This document shows positions 37,036 through 48,653 of a stretch of DNA of 64,000 bases, one piece after another; the stretch's first letter is position 1; each line of letters begins with the position of its first letter. This DNA comes from Candidatus Omnitrophota bacterium (lineage in GTDB: Bacteria > Omnitrophota > Gorgyraeia > Duberdicusellales > 4484-171). A program made the translations under genes and the position numbers. The stretch spans positions 4,343-68,342 of the forward strand of contig JAHKAJ010000024.1 in NCBI GenBank assembly GCA_018826075.1, read 5' to 3'. Below the pieces are notes generated by a model that saw only the letters and a program-made list of their open reading frames with translations, ran no database searches and had not been told where the DNA came from.

Positions 37036-38172
37036 ATGAAAAGTTATTTTGCCTCAGAATCAGTAACCGAAGGCCATCCGGATAAAGTTTGCGATCAGAT
37101 ATCTGACGCTGTTCTAGATATGGTTTTAACCAACGATACCAAAGGTAGGGTAGCCTGTGAGGCCTTGGTGACCCGCGGTTTGGTGATCGTGGCTGGAGAA
37201 ATAACCACTGATTGTTATGTGGGAGTGCCGAAGCTGGTCAGAAAACTGCTTAAAGATATCGGCTATGATGACCCGGCAGTAGGGTTTGATTATGAAAGCT
37301 GCGGGGTGATGACGGCAATCCAAGAGCAGTCAGCGGATATCGCCTTAGGTGTCGATACTGGCGGCGCCGGAGATCAGGGGCTGATGTTTGGTTTTGCCAA
37401 TAATGAAACTCCGGAGTTGATGCCGATGCCGATCATGCTTTCGCATAAACTGGTGCGCCGGCTTTCGGCAGTGCGTAAAGACGGGACTCTAAGCTATCTA
37501 CGTCCCGACGGTAAATCTCAAGTTTCGGTTGAATACGAAAACGGGATTCCCAAACGGGTAGATGCGATTGTTATCGGCGCTCACCACACTAAGGACGTAA
37601 AGACCGAAGACTTAAGGGCCGATGTCCGAAAATTAGTTATTGACCAGGTAGTTCCTAAACAGCTTTTGGATAGCAATTCTAAGATTTTTATAAATGGTAC
37701 CGGCCGGTTTGAGATCGGCGGCCCGGTTTCGGATACCGGAGTTACCGGAAGAAAAATAATCGTCGATACTTATGGCGGGTATGCCCGTCACGGCGGCGGG
37801 GCTTTTTCGGGAAAAGACCCGACCAAAGTCGACCGTTCAGCTTCTTATGTTTCTCGCTATGTAGCTAAAAACATCGTTAAGGCCGGGATCGCTACTGCTT
37901 GTGAAGTCCAGCTTTCCTATTGTATCGGTGTTGCTGAACCAGTGTCAGTAAATGTAAATACTTTCGGCACTGCCCAGGTCGATGAAGTTAAGATCGCTAA
38001 AGCGGTGAGAGAAGTATTTAAACTGACTCCAGCCGGAATCATCCAGGATTTAAAATTGCTGCAGCCGATTTATACAAAGGCGGCTGCTTACGGGCATTTC
38101 GGGCGTGAAGATGAGGGCTTTACCTGGGAAAACACCGATAAGGTCGATCAACTCAAGAGGGCTTTAAGATGA
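37036..38172 (+). CDS. metK: S-adenosylmethionine synthetase
   Basis: Has [24 protein letters not shown] and [16 protein letters not shown], the hallmark MetK motifs. Confidence 0.95.
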   Translation: MKSYFASESVTEGHPDKVCDQISDAVLDMVLTNDTKGRVACEALVTRGLVIVAGEITTDCYVGVPKLVRKLLKDIGYDDPAVGFDYESCGVMTAIQEQSADIALGVDTGGAGDQGLMFGFANNETPELMPMPIMLSHKLVRRLSAVRKDGTLSYLRPDGKSQVSVEYENGIPKRVDAIVIGAHHTKDVKTEDLRADVRKLVIDQVVPKQLLDSNSKIFINGTGRFEIGGPVSDTGVTGRKIIVDTYGGYARHGGGAFSGKDPTKVDRSASYVSRYVAKNIVKAGIATACEVQLSYCIGVAEPVSVNVNTFGTAQVDEVKIAKAVREVFKLTPAGIIQDLKLLQPIYTKAAAYGHFGREDEGFTWENTDKVDQLKRALR

Positions 38173-39434
38173 ATTACGATATTAAGGATAAAAATTTAGC
38201 TAAAATCGGAAAACAGAGGATTGAATGGGCAGTTCAGAGGATGCCGGTCCTAGAACAGATCCGGCAGCGTTTTTCCAGAGAGCAACCGTTAAAAGGCTTA
38301 ACCGTTGCTGCGTGTTTGCATATTACCACTGAAACTGCCGGTTTAGCGATTACCTTGAAAGCTGCCGGCGCCCGGGCTCTGTTTTGCGCATCCAATCCTT
38401 TATCAACCCAGGATGACACAGCAGCGTCATTAGTATTGGATTACGGAATAGAAGTCTTTGCGATTAATGCTGAAAATACAAAAGTCTATTATCAGCACAT
38501 TGATTCAGTTTTGGCAGTCAAACCCCAGATTACCTTAGATGACGGAGCAGATTTAGTTTCAACGATCCACAAGCGGGCAGCCGGTTCTGGTAAAGATTTT
38601 CACCTTCCTTGGGCTAGTACCGAAGAGACTACTACCGGCGTTATCCGCCTTAAAGCTTTGGAGAAAGAAGGCCGTCTGCTTTACCCGGTAATCGCGGTTA
38701 ATGATGCTTATACTAAACATCTGTTCGATAACCGTTATGGAACCGGCCAGTCAACTCTGGACGGGATCATTCGTTCGACCAACAAGTTGATTGCCGGGAC
38801 AACCGTGGTTATCTGCGGTTACGGCTGGTGTGGACGGGGAGCCTCTCAGAGAGCCAGGGGTATGGGTGCTAAGGTGGTTATTTGCGAAGTCGATCACTTA
38901 AAAGCCTTAGAAGCGGTTATGGACGGATTTTCAGTGATGCCGATGAAAGAAGCGGCAAAACTTGGCGATATCTTTATCACCGTTACCGGAGATATCAATG
39001 TTATCACTACCGAACATTTCCGGTTGATGAAAGATCAAGCCATAATTTCAAATTCCGGCCATTTTGATGTGGAAATCGATATTAAAAGCCTGGAAAAGAT
39101 CGCAGTTAAAAAACGCGAGGTTAAGCCCCTGGTGCGGGAATATACCCTTAAAGATAAAAAGCGGATTTATCTTTTAGGCGAAGGCCGTTTGGTAAATCTT
39201 GCCTGCGCTGAAGGCCATCCGGCCGAGGTAATGGATTTAAGTTTCGCTAACCAGGCTTTGAGTTGTGAATATATTGCCAAAAATAAGGATAAACTAAAGA
39301 AAAAAGTTTACAAGGTCCCTGATGTGATAGATCTAAAGGTCGCCGAACTAAAATTAAAATCACTGGGGATTAAAATCGATAAGCTTACGCTTGAGCAGAA
39401 AGCCTATTTGAGCGCCTGGCAGGAAGGGACTTAA
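38169..39434 (+). CDS. ahcY: Adenosylhomocysteinase
   Basis: AdoHcyase fold with NAD-binding GYGWCGRG, 421 aa. Coupled to metK. Confidence 0.9.
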   Translation: MNYDIKDKNLAKIGKQRIEWAVQRMPVLEQIRQRFSREQPLKGLTVAACLHITTETAGLAITLKAAGARALFCASNPLSTQDDTAASLVLDYGIEVFAINAENTKVYYQHIDSVLAVKPQITLDDGADLVSTIHKRAAGSGKDFHLPWASTEETTTGVIRLKALEKEGRLLYPVIAVNDAYTKHLFDNRYGTGQSTLDGIIRSTNKLIAGTTVVICGYGWCGRGASQRARGMGAKVVICEVDHLKALEAVMDGFSVMPMKEAAKLGDIFITVTGDINVITTEHFRLMKDQAIISNSGHFDVEIDIKSLEKIAVKKREVKPLVREYTLKDKKRIYLLGEGRLVNLACAEGHPAEVMDLSFANQALSCEYIAKNKDKLKKKVYKVPDVIDLKVAELKLKSLGIKIDKLTLEQKAYLSAWQEGT

Positions 39435-39440
39435 AAAAAG

Positions 39441-40394
39441 ATGAAAAAGATTGCCGTTATAACTCGTGATTGTGCCGGAGTAAATGCTGCACTTCGGTCA
39501 GTGGTCCGTAGCGCCTCAGCCAAGGGTGTTGAAGTTTTAGGGGTTATGCGCGGCTATGACGGTTTGATTGACGCTGACCTGATGTCTTTGGATCGCCGGG
39601 CAGTTTCCGGGATAATAAATCGCGGAGGGACGATTTTAAAAACTTCCCGTTCTTTAAGGTTTAAATCGGCTAATTGGCAAAAGCAGGCAGTGATGACCAT
39701 CAGGGATCAGAGGATAGACGGTTTGATTGTAATCGGCGGCAATGGTTCTTTGACCGGCGCCCATATTTTAGCCAGCCGTTATTCAATACCGGTAGTCGGT
39801 ATTCCGGCAACCATTGACAATGATGTGAACGGGGTGACGATGACTATCGGGGCTGATACAGCGATCAATGTAGCCTTGGATGCTTTGGATAAAATACGCG
39901 ATACCGCAACTTCCCTGGAGCGTATTTTTGTGGTTGAGGTTATGGGCCGCAATTGCGGCTATATTGCTTTACGGGTAGCTTTGGCAGCCGGCTGTGAGGA
40001 TGTGATAATCCCCGAACGTAAATTTAACCTCAAGAAAATTTCTGAAAATATCGTAGAAGGCAACATTCGCGGCAAGCGCAGCTGGATTACAATTGTTGCT
40101 GAAGGAAAGGCTAAGGCTTCGAAAGTTGCTTCGGAGATCACCAGGCTAACCGGTTTGGAAACCAGGATCGTGGTATTAGGGCACGTTCAGCGCGGCGGCT
40201 CGCCTACTGCTTTTGACCGGATTTTGGCGGCTCGTTACGGACATTTTGCGGTTTCAGTCTTATTAAAAGGTAAAACCGACTGCTGCGTGGCTTTAAGAAA
40301 TGACCAATTGACCACGGTTAGCTTAGCCAAAGCTATCCAGAAAAAAGACATTGAAGCTAGTGAGTATTATAGACTTATTCAAATACTTACCTAA
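39441..40394 (+). CDS. pfkA: ATP-dependent 6-phosphofructokinase
   Basis: N-terminus MKKIAVITRDCAGVNAA, plus GGNGS, MGR and an F6P-binding region. Confidence 0.85.
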   Translation: MKKIAVITRDCAGVNAALRSVVRSASAKGVEVLGVMRGYDGLIDADLMSLDRRAVSGIINRGGTILKTSRSLRFKSANWQKQAVMTIRDQRIDGLIVIGGNGSLTGAHILASRYSIPVVGIPATIDNDVNGVTMTIGADTAINVALDALDKIRDTATSLERIFVVEVMGRNCGYIALRVALAAGCEDVIIPERKFNLKKISENIVEGNIRGKRSWITIVAEGKAKASKVASEITRLTGLETRIVVLGHVQRGGSPTAFDRILAARYGHFAVSVLLKGKTDCCVALRNDQLTTVSLAKAIQKKDIEASEYYRLIQILT

Positions 40395-40403
40395 GGAGGG
40401 GAA

Positions 40404-41807
40404 ATGATTTATACAAAAGAGGTAGAATTGCTCAATAACAAAGGTTTGAAAACCGTAGATGGACGAGTTAAAGTTATTGATGAGAAAGAATTTCGTGCTC
40501 ATATTATCGATAATCTTTTAGACACTATTGTGTTGGGCGTTGATCCGCATTTACGAAGATTGTCTTACTGGGTAGCTTACAGTGCCGGAGTCCAACTGGG
40601 AGTCGTTCCGGCTTCGATTCAGGAACTTTATACAGCTATGGGGCAGGGTAAAGTAAAAGGATTTACGGTTCCGGCGATGAATATCCGTACGCTTACTTTT
40701 GACCTGGCCAGGGCGGTTTTTCGGTCAGCTAAAAAAATCAATGCCGGAGCATTTATTTTTGAGATCGCCAAGAGCGAAATCGGCTATACTGACCAGCGTC
40801 CTTTGGAATATAGCTCGGTGATCACTTTGGCAGCGCTTAAAGAAGGCTATCACGGCCCGATTTTTATCCAGGGTGACCATTTTCAACTTAAGGCGGCAAA
40901 CTATCTAAAAGACCGTGAAAAAGAAATTTCTCAGTTAGAGGTTTTGCTCAAAGAGGCGATCTCGGCACATTTTTACAATATCGATATTGATTCTTCGACT
41001 TTAGTTGATTTATCTAAAGATAACCTTAACGAACAGCAAAGAAACAATTACGAAGTCTGTGTTGAGATCAGCCGGTATATACGCAAACTCCAGCCGGCTG
41101 GAATCAATATTTCTATCGGTGGCGAGATCGGCGAGGTGGGCGGTAAGAATTCAACCCCTGAGGAATTAGATGCTTTTATGCAAGGGTATCTAAATTCTCT
41201 GGGTTCACAAGCTGGTATTTCTAAAATCAGTATCCAGACCGGTACCAGCCATGGCGGGGTGGTCCTGCCTGACGGTTCAATCGCAAAGGTCAGTATTGAT
41301 TTTGATACTTTGGCCAAGCTTTCGGAAATTGCCAGGAAAAAATACGGTTTAGCCGGCGCTGTCCAGCATGGAGCTTCAACTTTGCCTAACGAAGCCTTTC
41401 ACCGTTTTTCAGAAGTCGGCTGTGCTGAAATTCACCTGGCCACCCAATTTCAAAATATGGTTTATGATTATTTGCCGTTGCCGCTTAAAGAAGAGATCTA
41501 TGCTTGGCTGCATACTAATTGTGCCGGTGAAAAAAAGCCTGATTGGACCGATGACCAGTTTATTTATAAAACTCGTAAAACTGCCCTTGGGCCGTTTAAA
41601 AAGAAGATCCACTCGCTTTCCCGGGAGCTAAAAGATAAGATATCTTTGGTTTTAGAAGAGGAATTTTCTTTTCTTTTTGAGCAGCTGAAAATAAAAGATA
41701 CTAAAAATTATGTTGACCAGTATATTACTTTGCTTAAAACCGAGAAAGAAAAAAATTATTTTTTGGGCGAAGAAAAAGATTTAGGCGAATTAGAAGGAGC
41801 GGATTGA
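40404..41807 (+). CDS. fba: Class II fructose/ketose-bisphosphate aldolase family protein (unusually long, 467 aa)
   Basis: IFIQGDHFQ (DH zinc ligand), [12 protein letters not shown] and [10 protein letters not shown] resemble class II FBA motifs. Placement directly after pfkA supports the call. Confidence 0.55.
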   Translation: MIYTKEVELLNNKGLKTVDGRVKVIDEKEFRAHIIDNLLDTIVLGVDPHLRRLSYWVAYSAGVQLGVVPASIQELYTAMGQGKVKGFTVPAMNIRTLTFDLARAVFRSAKKINAGAFIFEIAKSEIGYTDQRPLEYSSVITLAALKEGYHGPIFIQGDHFQLKAANYLKDREKEISQLEVLLKEAISAHFYNIDIDSSTLVDLSKDNLNEQQRNNYEVCVEISRYIRKLQPAGINISIGGEIGEVGGKNSTPEELDAFMQGYLNSLGSQAGISKISIQTGTSHGGVVLPDGSIAKVSIDFDTLAKLSEIARKKYGLAGAVQHGASTLPNEAFHRFSEVGCAEIHLATQFQNMVYDYLPLPLKEEIYAWLHTNCAGEKKPDWTDDQFIYKTRKTALGPFKKKIHSLSRELKDKISLVLEEEFSFLFEQLKIKDTKNYVDQYITLLKTEKEKNYFLGEEKDLGELEGAD

Positions 41808-41821
41808 AATAATTTGTCACC

Positions 41822-41850
41822 GTAGGGGCGACCCGGCGGGTCGCCCCTAC
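41822..41850 (+). repeat. REP-like palindrome copy 3 (GTAGGGGCGACCCG-G-CGGGTCGCCCCTAC)
   Basis: Third copy, between the aldolase gene and ilvD. Confidence 0.7.
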
Positions 41851-41868
41851 AATAAATCGGAGGTTTTA

Positions 41869-43539
41869 ATGCGTTCGGACAAAATCAAAAAAGGAATTGA
41901 ACGGATGCCTAACCGGGCATTACTTTATGGTACCGGAGCCCATCCCGATCATTTAAGACGCCCGTTTATCGGTATTGCTTCAAGCTTCAGCGATCTTATT
42001 CCCGGGCATATTAACATGCGCACTCTTGAGCGCTATATTGAGCGGGGAGTTGAAAATGCTGATGGCGCGCCGTTTATCTTCGGTGTTCCCGGGATCTGCG
42101 ACGGAATCGCCATGGGCCACAGCGGGATGAAACAATCACTGCCTTCCCGGGAGCTAATCGCTGACATCATCGAAAGCATGGTTTCTGCTTATTCTTTAGA
42201 TGGATTGATCCTGCTGACCAATTGCGACAAGATTACTCCTGGTATGATCATGGGGGCTTTGCGGGTGAATGTACCGGCGATTGTGGTTACTGCCGGGCCG
42301 ATGCTGGCCGGTCATCTGGGTAAAAAACGACTATCTTTGGTGCGGGATACTTTTGAAGCGGTTGGTCGTTTCCAGGCTGGAGAAATAACTGAAAGTGAGC
42401 AGAAAAATTTGGAAATCGAGGCTTGTCCGTCTTGCGGTTCCTGCCAAGGGCTTTATACTGCAAACACCATGGCTTGTCTAACCGAGGCTATGGGTTTTTC
42501 TTTGCCCTATTGCGCAACTTCACCGGCAGTATTAAATAAAAAAATGCGGATTGCCTATGAAAGCGGGCAAAAAATAGTCGCTTTAGTCAAACAAGGGTTA
42601 AAGCCGCGTGATATTATCAATAAGGATTCGTTGGCGAATGCTATCCGGGTGGATATGGCTTTAGGCGGTTCGACTAACACGGTTTTACACCTGATGGCTA
42701 TTGCTAAGGAAGCTGGAATAAAGCTGGATTTGAAGGAGTTTGACCGGATAAGCCTGGAAACTCCTCATATTTCTAATTTGCGGCCCGGTGGAGAATATTT
42801 TATGGAGGATTTAGACCAGGCTGGGGGGATTCCGGCAGTTTTACATCGCCTGATCAATAAATTAAAACCTAGCCCTACGGTTTGCGGTAAATCAATAAAA
42901 GAAATCGCCAAAAGTGCTTTGGTCAGCGACCAAGACATTATCCGGCCGTTGAACAACCCTTACCATAAGCAGGGAGGGATCGCTATTCTTTTTGGCAATC
43001 TTGCGCCGGAAGGAGCGGTGGTCAAACAGTCTGCGGTTGATCCGCAAATGTTAAGTTTTTGCGGCAAAGCGAATGTTTTTGACTCTGAAGAAGATGCTAT
43101 GACTGCGATTCTCGGTAAGAAAGTTAAAAAGGGGGAAGTAGTGGTTATCCGTTATGAAGGGCCGGCCGGCGGACCAGGTATGCGGGAGATGTTGGCGCCT
43201 ACTTCAGCAATAGTCGGTTTGAACCTTCATAAACAGGTAGCTTTGATCACTGATGGCCGTTTTTCCGGCGGAACCCGCGGGCCTTGTATCGGCCATATTT
43301 CTCCCGAGGCCGCTTCGGGAGGGTTATTAGCTTATTTAAAGAATGGCGATGCCATTACTATTGATATACCTAAGCGAAAAATTGAAGTAAAACTTAGCCA
43401 AGCTGAAATCAAAAACCGTAAAAAAGCAATAAAAATAAGGCCGGCTAAGGCGATTAGCGGATATCTAAGCCGTTATTCAAAATCGGTGAGTTCGGCTTCA
43501 ACCGGGGCGGTTTTGGGAAAGCTATTGACAGAGAAGTGA
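41869..43539 (+). CDS. ilvD: Dihydroxy-acid dehydratase (IlvD/EDD family)
   Basis: [18 protein letters not shown], the Cys ligands (CPSCGSCQG) and the C-terminal SGGTRG are present. No other ilv genes are nearby. Confidence 0.85.
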   Translation: MRSDKIKKGIERMPNRALLYGTGAHPDHLRRPFIGIASSFSDLIPGHINMRTLERYIERGVENADGAPFIFGVPGICDGIAMGHSGMKQSLPSRELIADIIESMVSAYSLDGLILLTNCDKITPGMIMGALRVNVPAIVVTAGPMLAGHLGKKRLSLVRDTFEAVGRFQAGEITESEQKNLEIEACPSCGSCQGLYTANTMACLTEAMGFSLPYCATSPAVLNKKMRIAYESGQKIVALVKQGLKPRDIINKDSLANAIRVDMALGGSTNTVLHLMAIAKEAGIKLDLKEFDRISLETPHISNLRPGGEYFMEDLDQAGGIPAVLHRLINKLKPSPTVCGKSIKEIAKSALVSDQDIIRPLNNPYHKQGGIAILFGNLAPEGAVVKQSAVDPQMLSFCGKANVFDSEEDAMTAILGKKVKKGEVVVIRYEGPAGGPGMREMLAPTSAIVGLNLHKQVALITDGRFSGGTRGPCIGHISPEAASGGLLAYLKNGDAITIDIPKRKIEVKLSQAEIKNRKKAIKIRPAKAISGYLSRYSKSVSSASTGAVLGKLLTEK

Positions 43540-43563
43540 CTCTTTGTTATGATTTAGTCTAAT

Positions 43564-44634
43564 ATGAATAAAGCGGTAAAAATTATTAAACGGGTTATTA
43601 AGAATATTGCCAACCTTCTTGGCACTTTTTCCAGCGATATTGGAATAGATTTGGGGACAGCCACCACGTTGGTCTATTTACGCGGTGAGGGTATAGTCCT
43701 TTGTGAACCGTCAGTAGTTGCAATCTATAAAGATACTGGTGTTCCCTTGGCAGTTGGCGAAGAGGCTAAGCGCATGCTTGGTAAAACACCGGGAAGTATT
43801 GTGGCTATTCGCCCGATGAAGAATGGGGTAATCGCTGATTTTGGCGTTACCGAAGAAATGCTGCGTTATTTTATTAAGAAGGCTTATCCGCGAAGACTTC
43901 TTATCGGTCCGCGCATCGTGATTGCGGTTCCTTCAGGGATAACTGAGGTAGAACGCCGGGCAGTAAAGGATTCTGCGCACCGGGCCGGAGCCCGGGAAGT
44001 AATACCAGTTGAAGAGCCGGTAGCCGCAGCCATTGGCGTGGGATTACCGATTGCTGAACCCCAAGGGAATATGATTATCGACGTTGGCGGCGGAACCACT
44101 GAAATTGCCGTTCTATCTTTGGGCGGCATAGTTTCTGCCCGTTCAATCCGCATTGGCGGCGATGAGATGGATACGGCGATAACTGAACATTTGAAGAAAA
44201 ATTATAACCTGCTGATTGGTGAAAGAACTGCTGAAGAAATAAAAATCAAAGTGGGCTCGGCTTGGCCTATGGCTGAGGAGCTAACCATCGAAGTAAGAGG
44301 CCGTGATCTTATTACCGGATTACCTAAATTTATAAAGGCTCATTCTGAGGAAATCCGGACAGCTTTAGAAGCTCCTTTGCGGGAGATCGTGGAAGCCACT
44401 AAAGTTACTCTTGAACGTACCCCGCCGGAACTAGCCGCTGACCTTATTGAACGCGGAATAGTCCTTTGCGGAGGTGGGGCATTATTACGGGGTTTGGATA
44501 AATTAATCTCCGAGGAGACCGGCTTGGCCTGTTTTGTAGCTGACGACCCTTTGACTGCCGTAGCCTTGGGCACCGGAAAAATTTTAGAAGAGCCAAAATT
44601 CCTAAAAAAGCTTTCCCTTGTATCTTCCTTCTAG
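43564..44634 (+). CDS. mreB: Rod shape-determining protein MreB
   Basis: Actin-like sequence ([24 protein letters not shown]). Confidence 0.95.
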   Translation: MNKAVKIIKRVIKNIANLLGTFSSDIGIDLGTATTLVYLRGEGIVLCEPSVVAIYKDTGVPLAVGEEAKRMLGKTPGSIVAIRPMKNGVIADFGVTEEMLRYFIKKAYPRRLLIGPRIVIAVPSGITEVERRAVKDSAHRAGAREVIPVEEPVAAAIGVGLPIAEPQGNMIIDVGGGTTEIAVLSLGGIVSARSIRIGGDEMDTAITEHLKKNYNLLIGERTAEEIKIKVGSAWPMAEELTIEVRGRDLITGLPKFIKAHSEEIRTALEAPLREIVEATKVTLERTPPELAADLIERGIVLCGGGALLRGLDKLISEETGLACFVADDPLTAVALGTGKILEEPKFLKKLSLVSSF

Positions 44635-45343
44635 ATCGAAAGTAAAAATCTCCTTATTAATCCTTGCCGGTATTTTTCTGCTTTTTCTGTCTTTTAAAAG
44701 TTTCGTTAGCTACCTCCTGTTTTTTACTGCTGAGCGGCTTTTTTCGCCGCAGACCAACAGTCAGAAAACAATAAGTACCCTTGAACAAGAAATGGTTGCC
44801 CGGGATCTTAAACTGGCCGAATATAAAACTTTACTTGAGGAAAATGACCGGTTACGCAAAGCCCTTGATTTTAAAACCAAAACCAGCTACCAACTTACCG
44901 GGGCCGAAGTTTTAGTTTTTTCGCCTTCAGCCTGGCAGCGTTTGGTAGTTATTTCGGCCGGCCGGGACCAGGGAATAGAAAAAGGTTTTTTCGCTATCGA
45001 CGCAGAGGGAAATTTGGCCGGAAAAATAGTCGAGGTTGATAAAAATTTTTCTCGCTTGATGCTGGTTTCTGACCCGGATTTTTCAGCACCGGTATTTATC
45101 GGTAAAAATAATCTCGGGCTTTTTAAAGGTGGTTTGGCCGGTGCTCAAGTTCTCTATATCGAAGATGCTGAATCAATAACGGTCGGCGATCCGGTCAGCC
45201 TTAAGGTCAGCCAGCTGCCAATACCTTTAGAGATCGGGAAAGTAAAACGTTTGACTAAGGATTCAAACAGTTTATTTTGGGATTTAGAAGTAGAGCTGAT
45301 CCAGAAAAAAGGATTTTTCAGCAAAGTCTATATAATCAAATGA
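44618..45343 (+). CDS. mreC: Rod shape-determining protein MreC
   Basis: N-terminal TM, a coiled coil and a beta-rich C-terminal domain. Sits in the mreB-C-D position. Confidence 0.7.
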   Translation: MYLPSRSKVKISLLILAGIFLLFLSFKSFVSYLLFFTAERLFSPQTNSQKTISTLEQEMVARDLKLAEYKTLLEENDRLRKALDFKTKTSYQLTGAEVLVFSPSAWQRLVVISAGRDQGIEKGFFAIDAEGNLAGKIVEVDKNFSRLMLVSDPDFSAPVFIGKNNLGLFKGGLAGAQVLYIEDAESITVGDPVSLKVSQLPIPLEIGKVKRLTKDSNSLFWDLEVELIQKKGFFSKVYIIK

Positions 45344-45813
45344 TAAAGTCGGTTTTTAAAGTTTTCCTGATTATTTTTGGATTGTTTATCTTGGATTCAG
45401 TAAAGCCTTTTGGTTACTCTTTGTCGGTAGAGTTTGTTTTTTTAGGTTTTGTCATCGTAGCTTTAACCCAACCCTTGCCGATAGCTTTTTTCGGTGCTTT
45501 GTTTGCGGCTTATTTTCGGGATTTTTTTATTTCCAGTGGTTTTTCGCTCTCCTGGCTGGAATTTCCGCTTCTCTGTGTAGCTATTCGTTATATACGTTTA
45601 CACCGGATTTTTTTGGACCGTCAAAGATATTTTTTTATCGCCCGGGGGGTTTTAGCTGGGTTTTGTCTTCTGGTTCACAGCCTGGTAAATTCATTAACCA
45701 GCGGTTTGACCGGCCCGATTTTTTTACTGCAATTTTTTATTCAATCTCTGTGCCTTTATTACCTTATGGATTACCTTTTACAGCTAAAGGCCGGTCCCGA
45801 CCATAGCTTTTAA
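45340..45813 (+). CDS. mreD: Rod shape-determining protein MreD (start at ATGA overlap with mreC stop)
   Basis: Small polytopic membrane protein in the mreD position. Confidence 0.6.
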   Translation: MIKSVFKVFLIIFGLFILDSVKPFGYSLSVEFVFLGFVIVALTQPLPIAFFGALFAAYFRDFFISSGFSLSWLEFPLLCVAIRYIRLHRIFLDRQRYFFIARGVLAGFCLLVHSLVNSLTSGLTGPIFLLQFFIQSLCLYYLMDYLLQLKAGPDHSF

Positions 45814-45825
45814 ATTAATTTTTCT

Positions 45826-47553
45826 ATGTTTAGGAACTTTTTTCGGATCGTCAGCGGAAGTTTTTCCCCGGAATTACTAAAAAGAGTCTATCTCGGCGGT
45901 TTTCTTGTTCTAGCCGGGGTGCTTTTTTGGTATCAAATCATCCGCGGTGATTATTATTTCCAGCGGGCCAAGAATAATTATCTTAAAGTCATTCCTTTGG
46001 CATCAATGCGCGGGGCGATTTTTGATCGTAACGGCCAGGCCATTGCTTATGACCGGCCGGTATTCAGTATCGGGGTTATTCCCTATCAAATCGAGAGTTC
46101 CCGGGAAGGATTGTTTGCGGCTTTGAGTGAGTTCTCGGGTTCTAGCCTTAAAACTTTAGATAAAAGTTACCGCAAAAACTTTCAAAGTTATTTTAGCCCG
46201 GTGGATATAATCACTGATGTCGATAAGGCTAAAGCCTTGGCGATTAAAGAAAAATTTTCCGATTCAGTAGTAGTCATTACCCGTCCTCAGCGTTATTATC
46301 CTAATTCTTATCAACTGGCTCATGTTTTGGGTTATGTTAAGGAAGCTAAAGCTTTTTATCAAGAGCTTAAAAATTACGGCTACAGCCCCTTGGAACGGGT
46401 CGGCATTAACGGCGTTGAACAGGTTTACGATGCTTACTTGCGCGGTGCCGAAGGCGGAAAGCTCATCGAGGTCGACTCCCGGGGGAGGATTATGGGATTT
46501 TTAGGCGAACAACTTCCTCAAAAAGGCAAGGATATTACTCTTACTGTTGACAGCCGAATACAGCTTGCTGCTGACAGCGCTCTTGGCCAGCAAAAAGGTG
46601 CTCTTATCTTGATGGATTCGCAAGACGGAGGAATCCTGGCGCTGTGTTCAAAGCCGTATTTTAACCCTAATGATTTTATTAGCGGAAAAAATATTCAGGC
46701 AGTTTTTAATGATCCGGGTAGCCCTTTATTAAACCGGGCTTACCAGGCCACTTTTCCGATCGGTTCGACTTTTAAACCGATTATGGCCACTGCTGCCCTT
46801 GAAGAGGGAAAAATAACTCCGGCTTCAAGTTTTAACTGCAGTGGAGAATTTCATCTGGGTAGAGCCGCGTTCCGCTGTTGGACTATTCACGGTATCCAGA
46901 ATCTTTATGAAGCCTTGGCTCATTCCTGCAACGTTTATTTTTATAATTTAGGCATGATTTTAGGCCCGGAACCGATCACTGACTGGGCTGGGAAATTCGG
47001 GCTAAATTCACTTACCGGTATAGATCTACCTTCAGAAAAGTCAGGGTTTGTTCCCAGCCGGCAGTGGAAACAAAAGGAGATCAAGTCTGTCTGGTATCCC
47101 GGTGATACGGTTAATTTTTCAATCGGCCAGGGTTATTTACTGGCTAGTCCCCTGGCGATAATGCGAGCGATGAATGTTTTTGCTAACGGTGGGTATTTAG
47201 TTCGTCCCCATCTAATTAAGGAGATTGATTCAATTGATTCCGGGATAAGTACCAGGGCTTATTTGGGGATTTCGGAAAAAAATCTTCAGGCCGTGCGTCA
47301 AGGTTTACGTGAAGCGGTCTTGCGCGATGACGGTTCAGCTCATATTTTACAGCGGTTAAACCTCAAATTCAGCGGTAAAACCGGAACTGCCCAGAATTCG
47401 GGTAAGGCCCATGGTTGGTTTACCGGGTTTTTTACCTATCAGGATAAAACTTATACTATTTGCGTTTTTATCGAACACGGCGGCGCAAGCTACGAGGCAG
47501 TGAAGATCGCCTACTATTTTTTAAAGTCGGTAATTGAAAATAATCTTTTATGA
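45826..47553 (+). CDS. mrdA: Penicillin-binding protein 2 (peptidoglycan D,D-transpeptidase)
   Basis: N-terminal TM, SxxK (GSTFKP), SxN and KTG (SGKTGTAQ) motifs. Confidence 0.9.
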   Translation: MFRNFFRIVSGSFSPELLKRVYLGGFLVLAGVLFWYQIIRGDYYFQRAKNNYLKVIPLASMRGAIFDRNGQAIAYDRPVFSIGVIPYQIESSREGLFAALSEFSGSSLKTLDKSYRKNFQSYFSPVDIITDVDKAKALAIKEKFSDSVVVITRPQRYYPNSYQLAHVLGYVKEAKAFYQELKNYGYSPLERVGINGVEQVYDAYLRGAEGGKLIEVDSRGRIMGFLGEQLPQKGKDITLTVDSRIQLAADSALGQQKGALILMDSQDGGILALCSKPYFNPNDFISGKNIQAVFNDPGSPLLNRAYQATFPIGSTFKPIMATAALEEGKITPASSFNCSGEFHLGRAAFRCWTIHGIQNLYEALAHSCNVYFYNLGMILGPEPITDWAGKFGLNSLTGIDLPSEKSGFVPSRQWKQKEIKSVWYPGDTVNFSIGQGYLLASPLAIMRAMNVFANGGYLVRPHLIKEIDSIDSGISTRAYLGISEKNLQAVRQGLREAVLRDDGSAHILQRLNLKFSGKTGTAQNSGKAHGWFTGFFTYQDKTYTICVFIEHGGASYEAVKIAYYFLKSVIENNLL

Positions 47554-48653
47554 ATATTTTTTCTCGAAAATTCACAAGTCTTGATTTTAAAGGCCTGAAG
47601 ACTATCTGTGTCTGCTTACTGATCCTCAATATTTTGAGTTTAGCCTCGATCTACAGCAGTTTGCATCAGGCCGGCCAGTTTGCCGAACGAGAAGTCCTTT
47701 ATAAACAGATAGTCTGGATCATTGTTTCTTGGCTGGCGTTGATAATTTTCGCTAACATCAACTACCGTATCTATTTTGACTTAGCTTATCTGATCTATGG
47801 TTTAAATCTGATTTTGTTGATCGGAGTAATGTTTTTCGGAAAAAGCGTAATGGGAGCGCAAAGATGGATTGAGATTTTCGGAATGAATTTTCAGCCGTCG
47901 GAACTTTCAAAAATTGCGGCAATAATTATTTTAGCTAGGTTTTTTTCCCTGTCTTCGCCGCGCGGCTTGGTCTATGGTTTTTTACTGCCCTTGATTTTTA
48001 TTGTCCTGAATGCCCTGGTTATTTTTATCCAACCGGATTTAGGCACGGCTTTGATAATCGTTTTTCTATTTTTTAGTTTAGGTTTTTTTTCGCGTATCCC
48101 TAAGCGGTTTTTCATCGGTTTGATCGCCCTTGGCCTTTTGGTCTCGCCGTTTTTATTAAACCATTTAAAGGATTATCAAAAGCGGCGGCTGTTAGTGTTT
48201 ATGAATCCTAACCTAGATCCCTTAGGGGCTGGTTATAGTATTATTCAGTCAAAGATTGCCGTTGGTTCGGGAAAATTAGCCGGTAAAGGTTTTCTTTCGG
48301 GAACCCAAAATCAATTTAACTTTCTTCCCGAGCGCCACACTGATTTTATTTTTACGGTTATTGGTGAAGAATGGGGATTTATCGGCTCCTTGTTTTTAAT
48401 TATTATTTATTGGTTGATCTTGAAGAAAATACTCCAGCAGGCTCAGCGAGCCCGTGATGAATTCGCCTCATTTTTTTGCCTGGGAATCAGCTTGTTTTTT
48501 TTCTTTCATCTGTTCATTAATATCGGGATGACTTTAGGGATTTTACCGGTGGTCGGGCTGCCGTTGATTTTCTTGAGCTACGGAGGAAGCAATCTATTGA
48601 TTGCTTCCATTCTTTTGGGCATATTTTTTAATATTTCCCGAACCGCCAGATAA
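47550..48653 (+). CDS. rodA: Peptidoglycan glycosyltransferase RodA (SEDS family)
   Basis: 10-TM FtsW/RodA-like sequence. Coupled to mrdA. Confidence 0.85.
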   Translation: MNIFSRKFTSLDFKGLKTICVCLLILNILSLASIYSSLHQAGQFAEREVLYKQIVWIIVSWLALIIFANINYRIYFDLAYLIYGLNLILLIGVMFFGKSVMGAQRWIEIFGMNFQPSELSKIAAIIILARFFSLSSPRGLVYGFLLPLIFIVLNALVIFIQPDLGTALIIVFLFFSLGFFSRIPKRFFIGLIALGLLVSPFLLNHLKDYQKRRLLVFMNPNLDPLGAGYSIIQSKIAVGSGKLAGKGFLSGTQNQFNFLPERHTDFIFTVIGEEWGFIGSLFLIIIYWLILKKILQQAQRARDEFASFFCLGISLFFFFHLFINIGMTLGILPVVGLPLIFLSYGGSNLLIASILLGIFFNISRTAR

